A stretch of DNA of 63,821 bases, the filler included, from Callorhinchus milii (lineage: Eukaryota): NCBI RefSeq assembly GCF_018977255.1. It is 6 parts of 6 records of this genome, joined end to end, with 100 filler letters (N's around TTAATTAATTAA, not from the genome) between each part and the next. Parts side by side here need not be neighbours in the genome. Positions count along the whole stretch, not along the records: positions 20,726 to 28,048 come from NW_024705126.1; positions 28,149 to 32,282 come from NW_024705146.1; positions 32,383 to 35,590 come from NW_024705156.1; positions 35,691 to 63,821 come from NW_024705676.1; 2 more parts are not named here. One strand, written 5' to 3'. The notes under the pieces are model-generated. The model did no database searches. It had not been told where the DNA came from and saw only the letters and a list, made by a program, of their open reading frames with translations. Numbering within the stretch: the stretch's first letter is position 1; every line of letters starts with the position of its first letter. Below are positions 23,701-36,926 of this stretch, in pieces. The translations under genes and the position numbers were made by a program.

Positions 23701-26700
23701 CATTTGCTGGTTGAGGGATTATCTTGAAGCTGCTGTTCATTACTATCATTATTAAAAAAGCACAAATCGCAGAACAGATAGACCTTTGTTTGCCACACGA
23801 GCCAAGACCGCACCGGAATCTGAGGAACAGTGGCCCCACATTCCGTTGGGGTCCATGAGGACCCCCAATGCCACTCAATCCCCATCCTGTGTCTCCAGAG
23901 AGCTAGGATTTACAAAGGCATCTTCCTAAAATGCTCCATAACCATGTTTCGCGGGTCCTTACACAATACGGCTGGGAGATGAGCTTTACCAGTATACAAA
24001 CACCGGTCGGTCCGCGCGATCTCTCGAAACGGTGTACCGTAACATCACTTTTAGTTTCGAATTATTCTAGCCACACTGTCAATAATAATACTACCGTTGA
24101 AAGGCGAATACCCGACGGACACAACCGAACCGGCGCAGAGTTAGCTCGCTTACTCCTACCACTCCCCTTATTGGTAATGATCCTAATAGTTTCATACGTT
24201 TGTTCCACAACCCCGCTAGCAAGCGGTAAAATTGAGCACCAACTATTAAAGAGGAAATGCGACTCTCATGCGTACGCAGTGTAAGGGCATCGTTTCCGCT
24301 ATACGCGAGACAGATCATAATCGTAATCGATCATTTACGTTTTTTCTTTCACTATCGTAATATTAGGAGATCCGCTGGCCCAGATCTCCTCAGTATGCCA
24401 GCTACGAACGAATTGAACTCCAGCAAAGTGAATCCAGACACGACTCGGCCAATCACATTCAGCACTAGTCGGTCTATTCTGCTCTGATTGCAAGAATCAT
24501 ACTCGCGAGAACGGTCAAGGTTGTGAATGCAAGTGAGGATATGCCAGTGAAAGCTGTTGGCGGCCGGTTCATGTGTGTGGAGTTCGACTGATGGGTCACC
24601 GTGTTCTAAATTACACGCCCAAAATTGAGCAGGGTAGCACGTACTCCAACGATGTAGAAACGTTCCGCTAGCTTACTGAAGCCGTCTAGGAGAGTCTTAG
24701 GGCGTGGTGTCTGGGGAAAGATGTGGGTATGTATAGAGTAATTCAATCTCAGACCTAGGCAGCTCCCAATCTCATTATTCGACGAATTTGCACCTCTCAA
24801 CGAATCAGGATCACAGCATGCTGGGTCGGAGTGTTAGATTAGGAGCATTCCAGAAGGTAGTGTTTACGTTGAGCCACTCGGACAATCCTGAGCAGGAAAA
24901 CCGCTCAGCCAGCGCAGAATTATGTTAGGCCCCATAGCGGATAGCCTGGTTAACAAGTTTCCTTCATTTGTGTGGGGATGCAGGTGTACGGTTCCGATCA
25001 GGCGTCAGCCGGAAAGTACATCAAGCGATGACTATTGCCAGGAGTTCTAGGGGGATAACGAATCCAATCTCCCAATAGGATAACGGCGTATACCTTTAGC
25101 CTCGCGACGGCCAGACAAGCAAGATTCATTGGAGAGGAATCATAAGCGGATTGTCACTATGACAATAAAGTTTTCCGCTTGCATTTTATGTACCCGGACG
25201 TCAATACACAAGAGAAGAACGGCATCCCCACACTCCGAGCAGGTTTTTTAACTGATGACCGCCATGCGGAATTTAGGAAGGAATCCTAGTACACGTATGG
25301 TTTCGCTCCTCCTAACTAGATGTTCGGTCCTGCTAAGGTCGAACGGGGGCCACAAGGCGCTTGAATGATCGTGCAGTGTGTTCCGCAGCATGCTACTCTG
25401 AGCTCCAGAAGCTCTGCTTGTTTAACCATTGGGATACAACTACGTAGGCGAGGTAAGTGTTGTCGGTAGACCGAGTGGAACTAAGGTGGAAGAGTTGCCA
25501 ACAGAAACCGTTTGCCCATGAAAACCCGGTTTGATGTTGCTTGAATTAGCTCACTCATGTCCTGTAAGAAGCTAGGATGGTGAGTTGCCCGGACCGCGGT
25601 GCCAGGACATTGACCAAGATGCGTGAGCGGTCCGTAATGCATAAGCCGAAGAAGTATTCACTTTCTTACTGGCGCTTACGGTGGCCTAAGCGCTCACTTC
25701 GCCGAGCAACGCCTTAATCTCGGAACACGTGGACAAAAGGCCACAGAGCGCCCGGGGCGCTAGTGCCTTCCTGAATGAGCAGGAGTCGAGCAATAATACG
25801 CCCCGGAAATATATTAGGGATGATCATCACTTACATTGACCTCTCCTCTTAACAAATCGAGCGAGCATGTGCGAAGAGTCGGCCGAATCGTCCGATGACG
25901 CAGATGCCTGGCTTGACACGGGAATCGGAAGGTCTCCGGCAACCCAAGGGGGTCTAGGGCCCGTGTGCTGGCTGTCAAGTCCGCAGATAAGTTGTTGACT
26001 TGATCGGAATGGCCGTGACCAGTTTCTACCTGTGATTGGAGAGGATTTCTAGGTTTAAACTTTTGTGAAACGAGGAGGTAGTGAAAGTGGGAAGACTTAG
26101 TACTGTTAACCTAAATATTTATTTTAAACACGGAGGCATCCTAACCTCCCTAGCAATTCTTACTTAGAGGTAAACTTGCTTTACGGCTTGCAGGTTCGGA
26201 GTGCTATCGGTCCATGGAATTAAGTAAGTAAGACGGAAATAGCGTAAGGTCGACGCAAAGGATTCCAATTTGACATCTCGTTTGGTGTCTTCCTAACTTG
26301 GACGCATGTGTGCGGACTTCTAAACCAAGGACCGCGCAAGGCGGCGAGCTTCCGCTAATACTTCCTACTGGTGTCAACGATTTGCGCTGAAATAGATGTG
26401 TGGCACGGTAACGCTGGTGTTGAGCCAGTGACACCACTAAGACGCCTAAGTCACAAAGCCGACGAGAGTAAGATGAAGAGATAACCCTCGTTGATGCACG
26501 AGAACTTAGACGTGTTAGGACTGAAACGGCCCTGCCAGTGCATCAATGGTCCAGCCTGCAAGAGGGGAGACCACAGGGGAGGAAGTATGAGGATTTTTAG
26601 CAATTACGCCATCCCTAGAGGTCACGCCGCCGAGCCCCGCACGAAATTTAAATTTTGAGGCATCATCAATTTCTTTGGGGTCCGGAGGCCACTGATCGGG

Positions 26701-28048
26701 CGGCCGTGGTTAGATACTAATTCTAGGCTAGCTCCAGGATTTGTAGGTAATTAGTTATCTTCGCGTGCTGTCTTGGGCTACTGACGTGACGCGGTCAATC
26801 ATATAGTCGTATAAAGAGTTGGCAGCTCTCTATAGAGCGAGGACAGCTTGTAATTAAAAGACCTGATCACGTTCATTGTCCTCGCGCGCACCGTAAGGGG
26901 ACAGAACCAGTATGTACCTGCTCATATGAGCGACGCACAAGTTGTCACGACTTACACACTCGATAAGAAAGCGGCGCGGGCCAGCGAGTCGATCGTCAAC
27001 GACCCCCTTGTCTTATGGCAGCTGCGGCGTCTCTGCCGTAAATAAAAGAGCAGATGGTTAGAACTGTCTTGTGTCTGCGAACTCCACCTATCGGACTAGG
27101 ACTTCGATGCAGTAAAAAGAAGCGCCACCCCAAAACAGATCTCGCAATACGTGGGCCGGCTACAACGGGTACACCAGAACGCAATAACCACAGATTAGGC
27201 ACTGGTTCCTCAATATCGGAAGGAATCGGAGACGTAAATACTCCCGGTCCCATGTTTATTACGGCGATTCCTCTGAGTGCCGCCGGTGAGTCTTCACGTC
27301 GTTTGGGGGAATTCGGGGCCTGACATGACACCGACCACTTGGAATATTTCAAGGTTCTAATACAGGATTTGCTGTCATCGACCCTGAATCTCACAGCCTC
27401 GGCCACCCTCGGTGTAGAGGAAGCTATGCTTAGACGAAAAGGCGAGCAACAACCTTAGCCTCCTCCTCCACCGTTGTCAGCCGCGCAATACTTTGAAAAG
27501 TACTTATCATGCGGAATTTCAGATCAACCACGCTCAGACCGTTGGGCGATAGGTCGGTTTGGTTATTGGAGCTGATGCAATTACACAGCTCTGTTGTGTG
27601 GGCCACCGGGCTTCCGGGGGGGAACCGGCCGGAGAATGACCCTGTCGAACGAAAATGTTGAATTGATTGACCTGGAATGACTTGTATCTTGAAATAGCCA
27701 GGTCGAATGCTTTCTGAACACTTCTCTTTACAGATACTGGACACTGGCGGGGAAATATCCGCAGGACCCCGATCTATCGTTATGTACTACAACGGTCTCG
27801 CCGCAAAATTTTCATCCTGACGTATTAGTGGCTGTAGACTTTGCGCTCTAGGGGTCCATGATCCCGGGACACATGTGTGTGTTTGGCGAGCGTACTAGAA
27901 AGTAGACAACCAGGTAGTTTGTTTAAGATCGCGCATAAGATCTATAACTTCGGCCTTAACGGAGACCTCCCACATGGATGGAGGAATGAACTCAAGGACC
28001 TACAGCAATAACGAGCACACGGATCCCTTGTTTACAGAGCTTATTTTA
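20726..28048. other. Random-like, probably synthetic or shuffled block
   Basis: No visible repeats, TE relics or microsatellites; CpG and CTAG are common; longest ORF is 136 aa in 7.3 kb. Confidence 0.75.
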
Positions 28049-28148
28049 NNNNNNNNNNNNNNNNNNNNNNNNNNNNNNNNNNNNNNNNNNNNTTAATTAA
28101 TTAANNNNNNNNNNNNNNNNNNNNNNNNNNNNNNNNNNNNNNNNNNNN
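28049..28148. other. Artificial contig spacer
   Basis: Same linker. Confidence 0.99.
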
Positions 28149-28401
28149 TTTAAAGTTTTCGTGACTGCAGGGATCATCTTCTTGGTCTTTCGGTAAAGTC
28201 ACGTAAAAGGAAATAATAAAACAATAAATAAATAAAACATACTAAAATAAAATTCTCACGTTTCGGCCAAAACGCAAGCAGGTCTGTCACCTGAGGACGG
28301 CTGCTTGCGTTGTGGCCGAAACGTCGTGAAAATTATTTTAAAAAAATTATTTTTATTATTTCCCTTCTACGTGACTTTACCGAAAGAACCAAGAAGATGA
28401 T
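28149..28401. mobile_element. Palindromic Penelope-like (PLE-derived) element
   Basis: Inverted arms atcatcttcttggt..tttcggtaaagtcacgta...tacgtgactttaccgaaagaaccaagaagatgat (28173-28401); same family as 59691-60002. Confidence 0.7.
28287..28329 (+). ncRNA. Minimal type I hammerhead ribozyme motif
   Basis: TCAC-CTGAGGA-C-GGCTGC(ttgcgtt)GTGGCC-GAAA-CGTC-GTGA: both core boxes, stem II, stem I TCAC/GTGA. Confidence 0.7.
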
Positions 28402-28439
28402 TCCAATCATTTTTACACGCTTCTATTTAACTCACTTCG

Positions 28440-29190
28440 TCTGTTGTATCCTCAAAAACGAAATCTTCTAACTCAAATTTTACACACTTCCCAATGTGCT
28501 ATCGACTGCAAACTTGGTATAGCGATGTCATATTGATGACAACACGATATTATATCATACAAAATCCAAAACATAGATTTTTTTACATTTAACACGCTTT
28601 TATTTAACTTACTGTATGTGTTGTATCCAAAAATCTTGTAACTCAATTTCAACCGTATTCCCAAGTGTATCGATGCAAAATTCGTATAGGTGTGTCATAC
28701 TGATGACAATACCATATTCTATCATTAAAAATAAATAATATTTTTAACAATCTTTTTTACGGCTCTAATTGTCCACGCTCAACTGACGTTGCCTGTAAAT
28801 CACCACGGTCCCTTACGTCACGGCAAGCCTGGGGAGCCACGCCCAGGGCGGGGGCATGTGGAAGAGGGAGCGATGAGAGAAGGGGGCAGGGGCAGCTCGG
28901 ACAGTACATTTCATTAAAGCGTGTTTTAAAAAAAGTATTTTAAAATATTTAATTATTAACTGTCTGTTGTCGTTTTTGTCGTATCCTCAAATCTTGTAAC
29001 TCAATTTTAACCAACTTCCCAATGTGGTATCGACTGCAAACTTGGTATACTTATGTCATACTGATGACAATACTATATTCTATCATTAAAAAATATATTT
29101 TTAAACATTCTTTTTTATGTTATGTTTCGGTCTAATTGTCCCACAGTCAACTGACGTTGGCTATAATGGCCACTGTCCCTTACGTATGAA
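28440..29190. repeat. Locally triplicated degenerate direct repeat
   Basis: ctcaa..ttcccaatgtg.tatcgactgcaaacttggtata..atgtcata.tgatgacaa at ~28470, ~28640 and ~29000. Confidence 0.7.
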
Positions 29191-29485
29191 GCTCGGGCCA
29201 CTTCCTGGAGTCGTGAGTTCTGCCATTACTAGTACATTCTAAAGCAGTATAAAAACGTGTTTTTTATTATTTATATAAAATCGCCAAATTTGCGGAGCTT
29301 CGCTGCAAGTACAGGGAGAGACGAGAGGTGAGGCAGCGACGCGCTCAGCCTCCCCTCAGACACTGGATGGACCGCGGGCAGTAAGGGCTTGCCTGTTACT
29401 ATCTCAGCATGTCACCAATGGAATGTTTGTAGACCCCTTCATTGCATGTCCTCGCCTTCCATAGTCCAGTAACTGAGTTCAAGTA

Positions 29486-30272
29486 CAGTAGAACCTCTGG
29501 TCACGACCATAATTCGTTCCATAACTTTGGTCGCAACCCCGATTTGGTCGTGACTCAAACCTAATTTCCCCATTGGATTGTATGTAATACGATTAATCCA
29601 TTCCAGACTCCTACGAACTGTATATAAAGTTTTTAAAAATTTTTAAGGACAAAAATAGTTAATTATGCCATAGAATTCAGTGTAATAGTAAACTAAATGT
29701 AAAAACATTGCATAACACTGAGAAAACCTTGAACAGAGAAAACTGACAAGGTTTAGAATTGTTCAACAAGATTACTGTTTCGTCTGCTACATCAGTCGGT
29801 CGATTCTGAGAAGAGCATATTCGTATGAGCAATTTATGTTTCTATTGAAAGTTAACAGTAATATTTGGTACAGTATTGTTTTTGGAAGCATTCACCGTAA
29901 TATCGTATAACGTTTACTTCACCGCATCATCGTATTAATGATGCGAGAAGAATTAACGGGTTTATGTTAGCGATTGACGTACTCAGCGCTTTCGCTCTCT
30001 AAACTATGGCTTGAATGAGGAAGGAGGGGTATGACTACACTACAAAATGTATACATATCTACTAGGAATTTTATATTACAAAAGATTATATACATAACTG
30101 TTACGCTTTGTGTAATTCAACAACAAAAATGGCGCGGAAGGAGAAATCGGCCGCGGCCCTGTTTGATCTCCACCCGAGTATGTGTTCGTGACCAGATTAA
30201 AAAATGTTGTAAATGTTTTGGTCGAAACCCAATTTGGTCGTGGTCAGAGCATTCGGACCAGAGGTTCTACTG
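29486..30272. mobile_element. Non-autonomous Tc1/mariner (Tigger/pogo-like) element
   Basis: Perfect 17-bp TIRs CAGTAGAACCTCTGGTC / GACCAGAGGTTCTACTG flanked by TA (29484-85, 30273-74); no transposase ORF. Confidence 0.9.
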
Positions 30273-30855
30273 TATGTGCATAAAGATACGTAGGCTCGCT
30301 GGTCTCGTCATGAAACTGCAATGAAAAAGCACCAGGGAGGCAGCTATCACATCTGCCTCACTGAGGGGGGGGGGTGTCAGACACCACCTGGTGAGGCCAC
30401 GCCCCCCAGTGCCTCCCAGCCACTGACCCTCACGCCATGTCACTGCTCCCATCCATCGCGTTCATGTTAATTACGAGGCTCACAGAAGCAAGACTAAGGC
30501 CTCCCATAGGCTCAGTGTGAATCCGAGGCTCACAAGACCAGATAAGGCTCCCATAGGGTTCACAGTGGTAAACACCGAGCTCCTGTGAGATATCTACCCA
30601 ACCAACAGATCCACCAAGACTGGCCGCTCTTACCCTGCAGGTTGAACCTAAGATTTCAATGTTCTACTTCACGTTATTTTCATTAAAGGCCTGTGACAAA
30701 GGTGCATCTATTGGAAGCGACATCGTCTCAAGCTTACACATCTACCGGGTCTCCATTTGACTTTATATTGTCTAGGAAGTCCACCCACACCTCCACTTCC
30801 ACAAACTGCTGTGAGTTGCCTCGCTCTGCCTTACAGTCAGAATTCCCCTCTTGCT

Positions 30856-32282
<1,427 letters not shown>

Positions 32283-32382
32283 NNNNNNNNNNNNNNNNNN
32301 NNNNNNNNNNNNNNNNNNNNNNNNNNTTAATTAATTAANNNNNNNNNNNNNNNNNNNNNNNNNNNNNNNNNNNNNNNNNNNN
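32283..32382. other. Artificial contig spacer
   Basis: Same linker. Confidence 0.99.
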
Positions 32383-32673
32383 GAGCCGGCCCCGACCCGG
32401 GAGGATATAAGGTGGGTCTCTGAGAGGGACCGGAGTCGCTTCGTTCTTCAAGCTGGAAGCTCTACGTCGACAAGCTGGAAGCTCTACGTCCTACAAGGCA
32501 TCAACACGTGGCCGGGGACCCAGCTGTAACTCCTACGTATAATGTAGTTAGTTCGGTGGTCACCACCCCAGGCTGTATCTGGTAAAGGGGCAGTTACCTC
32601 TTTGTATATACGTGTTACAATAAATGCGTTACCTCTAAAGATAAACGTCTGCGACTCAGTTGGACTCACTACA
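32383..32673 (+). mobile_element. LTR 3' half (TATA to U5), truncated by the contig start
   Basis: TATAA 32406, duplicated caagctggaagctctacgtc, AATAAA 32619, ends ..CACTACA. Confidence 0.6.
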
Positions 32674-33664
32674 CATGCTTAAAATCAGTCATATTCCATA
32701 TACGTAATGATGTGTCTTAGTTTTCTTAAATGTACTCATTTATAAACAAACTTGTGAAAACGAGTTTGTCTTAATATTACACACCATTATAATTAATTTT
32801 TAAAACATTAAACTTTGCATGTCACTTCCTTCTTGTGGGCATGCATTGATGACATCATATCACCTATTTAGGTCCAAGACCAGAGGACATTTTTAGGTTT
32901 CTGGCAACTGCCTGATGATGCTCATTGTAACTACCAGTGAAACATTGTGCCCAATTGTTAAATGTTTTGGATGGCTCTCCAACACACCGGTGTGCTAAAG
33001 CAGTCATAGATTGGCACGTTTGTTCATGTAACAAATGCATTAATTGGCAGTGTCTGCTGGATGAGGGTTTACAACGATTATTTAACTTTCGCGATATGTC
33101 CGAAAAATCAATGCTGAATCATTATATTACGATTTCGTAGTTTTGGATAATTTATAGGGGCACGTAATTTTATACCTGTGCATAATATTACCATAGCGTT
33201 GGTAATTTATGGCACGCTCGTAAACCTACTCGAAGTGCATGCCGTGGGGCTTGTTAGCATTCAAGAAGGGGCTGGTGGTGTTTGGTAGAAATCTTAGAAT
33301 GACTCATTTCACACTGCTTTGCCACCCACGCATTTCTTGAAGCGAGATTGGGGTCTCAACCTGTGGGGCCCTTGGTTCAGAGATCGGCAAAATACAGAGT
33401 GGACAGCCTATCTTGCTTGTACCTCTGTTAATGTTCATTGACATCGCCTATTCTTCTTGGGGATCTTTATTAATGCGTGACGTTTCCCGTTATTCTCCTC
33501 GGAATATGCACATATACCGTAAATATGTAGAAGTAATCATAATAATAATAATATTGATCATTCCTCGTAAGCTTTTCAGGGTAAAAATGACACCCTGCTG
33601 GGCTGAAAGGTTATTCCTTAACCCTGTTATGAGAAGACTAATAATTGCCATCAAGAATATGCCA

Positions 33665-33895
33665 CAAGACAAAGACCAATACCCCCGTATAGCCTTAGCA
33701 GATTGTTGGGTCAAGTTCTGTTCGCGAACACCTATGAAGGTCGACGCGGCATACGAGGGGGTGGGTGACCAGCACCACACACATATACAAAGACAAAGAT
33801 CCCTCGTATAGGCTGAACGGACTGTTGGGTCAAGTGCTGTTAGCGAGCACCTATAAAGGCTGGAACGGGACACGAGGGGGTGGGTGGCCAACACC
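33665..33895. repeat. Diverged ~120-bp tandem duplication
   Basis: agacaaaga..cgtata..tgttgggtcaagt.ctgtt.gcga.cacctat.aagg..cgagggggtgggtg.cca occurs twice. Confidence 0.75.
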
Positions 33896-35217
33896 ACGTT
33901 CGACCACCCATGTCTCCCCAGTGGTGATGTTTGCACACCACACCAGGAACTCATTTGACACTGAGTCGATCTACACATATAAAAAGACATAAACAGATAC
34001 ACATATATAGGTAAATTGTATGTGAACTTCATGTTTCTAACATTCCACGTCAGCACACTGATTTACCATCGCAGCCATGACATTTAAGTCATATACCACT
34101 GCTGTCAGTTTTTGTGTAATTTCCATTAAGATTGAATTCATATAAAAATGAAACATAAAATAATCATGACGATGGTTCTTCGCTACAGAGTTGGCAATTA
34201 CTCCCGCCCATGCTTTTTAATTTTTTAATTTCTGCGTTTTCACGTAGAAAATCTTCAATGAACTATTTTAGCAATTAGATGTGAAAAATTATGCCGTTAT
34301 TTTATTAGTAATTTGTAACTGGAGTAATCATGTGCCATTGCTTCATCTCGAGGGAGAAGAAATAATACGCCAAACCGAATGTTATAAGTAAAAACAATGT
34401 TACGCCTTATCACATGTTTAGCTTATAGAGTTTGTCGCGTTTTTGTGTACAGATATGGTTAGAGGCATCGAGAAATTCACATCAGAAACATTGTAGATCT
34501 TTATCTCTGACTGCACATCTAAACGTTGTCTCCAGAAAAAAAAGAAAAATTAGGCTTCAAATCCATTTTATAGCTGCGGAACAAGTTTGTTATTTACTGC
34601 TGTGATCCCCATTTTTATGTTCCGTTATAAAAGTGTCACTAGATAGAATACAGTGTTGGTCTGTTTACAGTGTTTTTCTGAAAGACCCGAGTTAATCATC
34701 AAGTCGAGGAAATCAGAGCACTGCCTCCGATGTATAATTTATTTCTGTGCCATTTTACTGGGGGAATTGAGCGCGGAATTCTCGCGCGATCTTTGCGCTG
34801 GGCCCGACGAGCCATTATTTCATTTTCTGGCCGTGTCAGTCAACGTTGTTTTTCTCTCCCTTCCGCAAGCCATAAAGAATGAGGTCGAATGCCTCGGTAT
34901 CTGAGTACAGGATCGACAACCACAATTAATCTGCAGTATTAAGGCGACAATGGCCTGATTTCCCCTGTGTGCTCAGTTAATTCCCCGCCTCAGTCACACC
35001 ATGTGTGTTGCCCTTTTTCGACCGAGTGTGCGCATAAAGCTCCAGCGTGCAACCAACCACTGTCTCGCTTTCCAATGTGGGGCCACGGAAAATGTGTCGT
35101 GGCATGACCACGCAGGTGCTGCTGCTATTACTGCTTCTTTGACTGGGCACTAAGAGTTCACGTCCTCTCCTCTCTCCAGCAGAGACCTAGACTATAGATA
35201 GTCGAGCTGTCCTATCG

Positions 35218-35400
35218 ACCGCATACTCTGGATTTCAAGGCGGACTTTTTCTTCCGTGTACTTTACAGCAAAAGTCGTGGGTGCATTTTATAATCCGGTA
35301 GGTATGGGTTACATTTGTATGACTTTATTTATTTCCACCATGCACAAGCTTGGGGTGATTCTTACCATTCCGAAGCATTGTATAAAACGGAGAATATGGT
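35218..35400. mobile_element. Possible decayed Tc2/pogo-type MITE
   Basis: Ends accgcatactctgg...acggagaatatggt resemble the CCGTATTTTCCG...CGGAAAATACGG TIR type. Confidence 0.35.
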
Positions 35401-35590
35401 GACAGAATTTGATTGGTAATTAGATCTTGTGTTTTATCGGACATTTTGCAGACAAGCGGTCCTGCAGAAGTTCACGCACCACACCATGATCCTTGTTATC
35501 AGAGTTTGATTCCTGGCTACATCTTACAACACGGGTGAGTGATATTCGAACCTGTCCTAGCACCATCACCGACCTTGCACTGTGGTGAAG

Positions 35591-35690
35591 NNNNNNNNNN
35601 NNNNNNNNNNNNNNNNNNNNNNNNNNNNNNNNNNTTAATTAATTAANNNNNNNNNNNNNNNNNNNNNNNNNNNNNNNNNNNNNNNNNNNN
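35591..35690. other. Artificial contig spacer
   Basis: Same linker. Confidence 0.99.
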
Positions 35691-36926
35691 AGTGTGAGCA
35701 CAGGCTGCCAATACACCCCACGGGTTGCACAGACATCAACCGGCTTGGCACTCTGTGGCATGAGCATATAGCAGCAAGGTGCACATCCAGTGCGGCCTGT
35801 GTGCTTGTTTGTATTGTGAATAACGTCAACGCTTTCACACCCAAAGCAGTCTGCCCTCTCAAAACAGGCAACTGCAATATTATCAATGTTTTTATTTTCG
35901 TGTAAGACATTCCGCCGAGGAGAAATTGTTGTTTTTGTCCAAACCTAGCACATGAGCAGCTATCCTTCTAAAAATGATTGTCCTTTGAAGGGTACAGTTG
36001 AAGATTAATATTTTAATATGTTTTTAACGCTGGTGCTTAGCTCATTTTACACTGCACGAGTAACGATCTTCTAGACCCGCGGTGTTTTCTTAAACGAGCG
36101 AAATTTCATGTCGTAGGAATTGGGACCAGTTTCCCTGACACTTGGCTGTATCGCAGCGCCATACTATGCCTCTCTCCAGCAGGCGTTCTCTGAATTCTAA
36201 GTAGCTATTGTGTGAGAATTAAAATCTGTGACCGCCCGAGGACAGTCTGTAAATGGGGTGGTCTGATTACAGACACGAGCGAGTGCTTTGCTTTGTCTCT
36301 ATGAACGTGATTAGTTCACCGAGCATCAGAGTCAAGTTCCATTTCCTCTGATTTGCCTTCAGAAGCAATACACATCGTGTTAGTGTTGTTTTATGAGATG
36401 TGCTGGAAATACTGCACGTATTATCTTGGTTCTGTTCGTGCTCTGGTCAATATATTATGTTAAAGCATTTTACGTGCTTTTGCATTTTTGCCCTGCAAAT
36501 TACATTTATTTGTTATTGTGTTAATGAATAGCCAATGCATAAAGAAAAAATGTAAGAATACATTTAATACTAATACGTTTAATAGTAAGTATAGGTGTGA
36601 GTAATGAGGGATCTAAGCTTTGCTTCCATGCCATGCCAACCTTACCTATACATCTGACAATTACAAATGGGCCTTTATCTTTTAAACAATTTTGCAGATC
36701 TTTCGCAGTGATATGATAATGGCTTAGTGAGATTAATAGAAGTAACTGTAGTTTCCCTGTTTCATTTACATATTTTGATACGTGACTAATTGTTGGGCTT
36801 TAATCATTAAACATTCCCATTGTTATTGTAAAAGTATTTTATGTGTTCTAAAGATTCAGCAGTATATTATGTATGTTGAACTTCTTTTGCACCGTACATA
36901 GCAACCATGCTAATCAGAGGTGCTGA

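Noticed and set aside
21319..23880. CACTCAAT seen four times in the random-like block
   Set aside because: Irregular spacing and no extended similarity; some 8-mer reaching this count in 7.3 kb is plausible by chance
33490..34056. 188-aa hydrophobic ORF
   Set aside because: No recognisable domain; it spans a tandem duplication whose two copies are read in different frames, plus an (ATT)n run
35691..36926. Further CEP104 exons left of the LTR array
   Set aside because: I could not find the expected next exon on either strand
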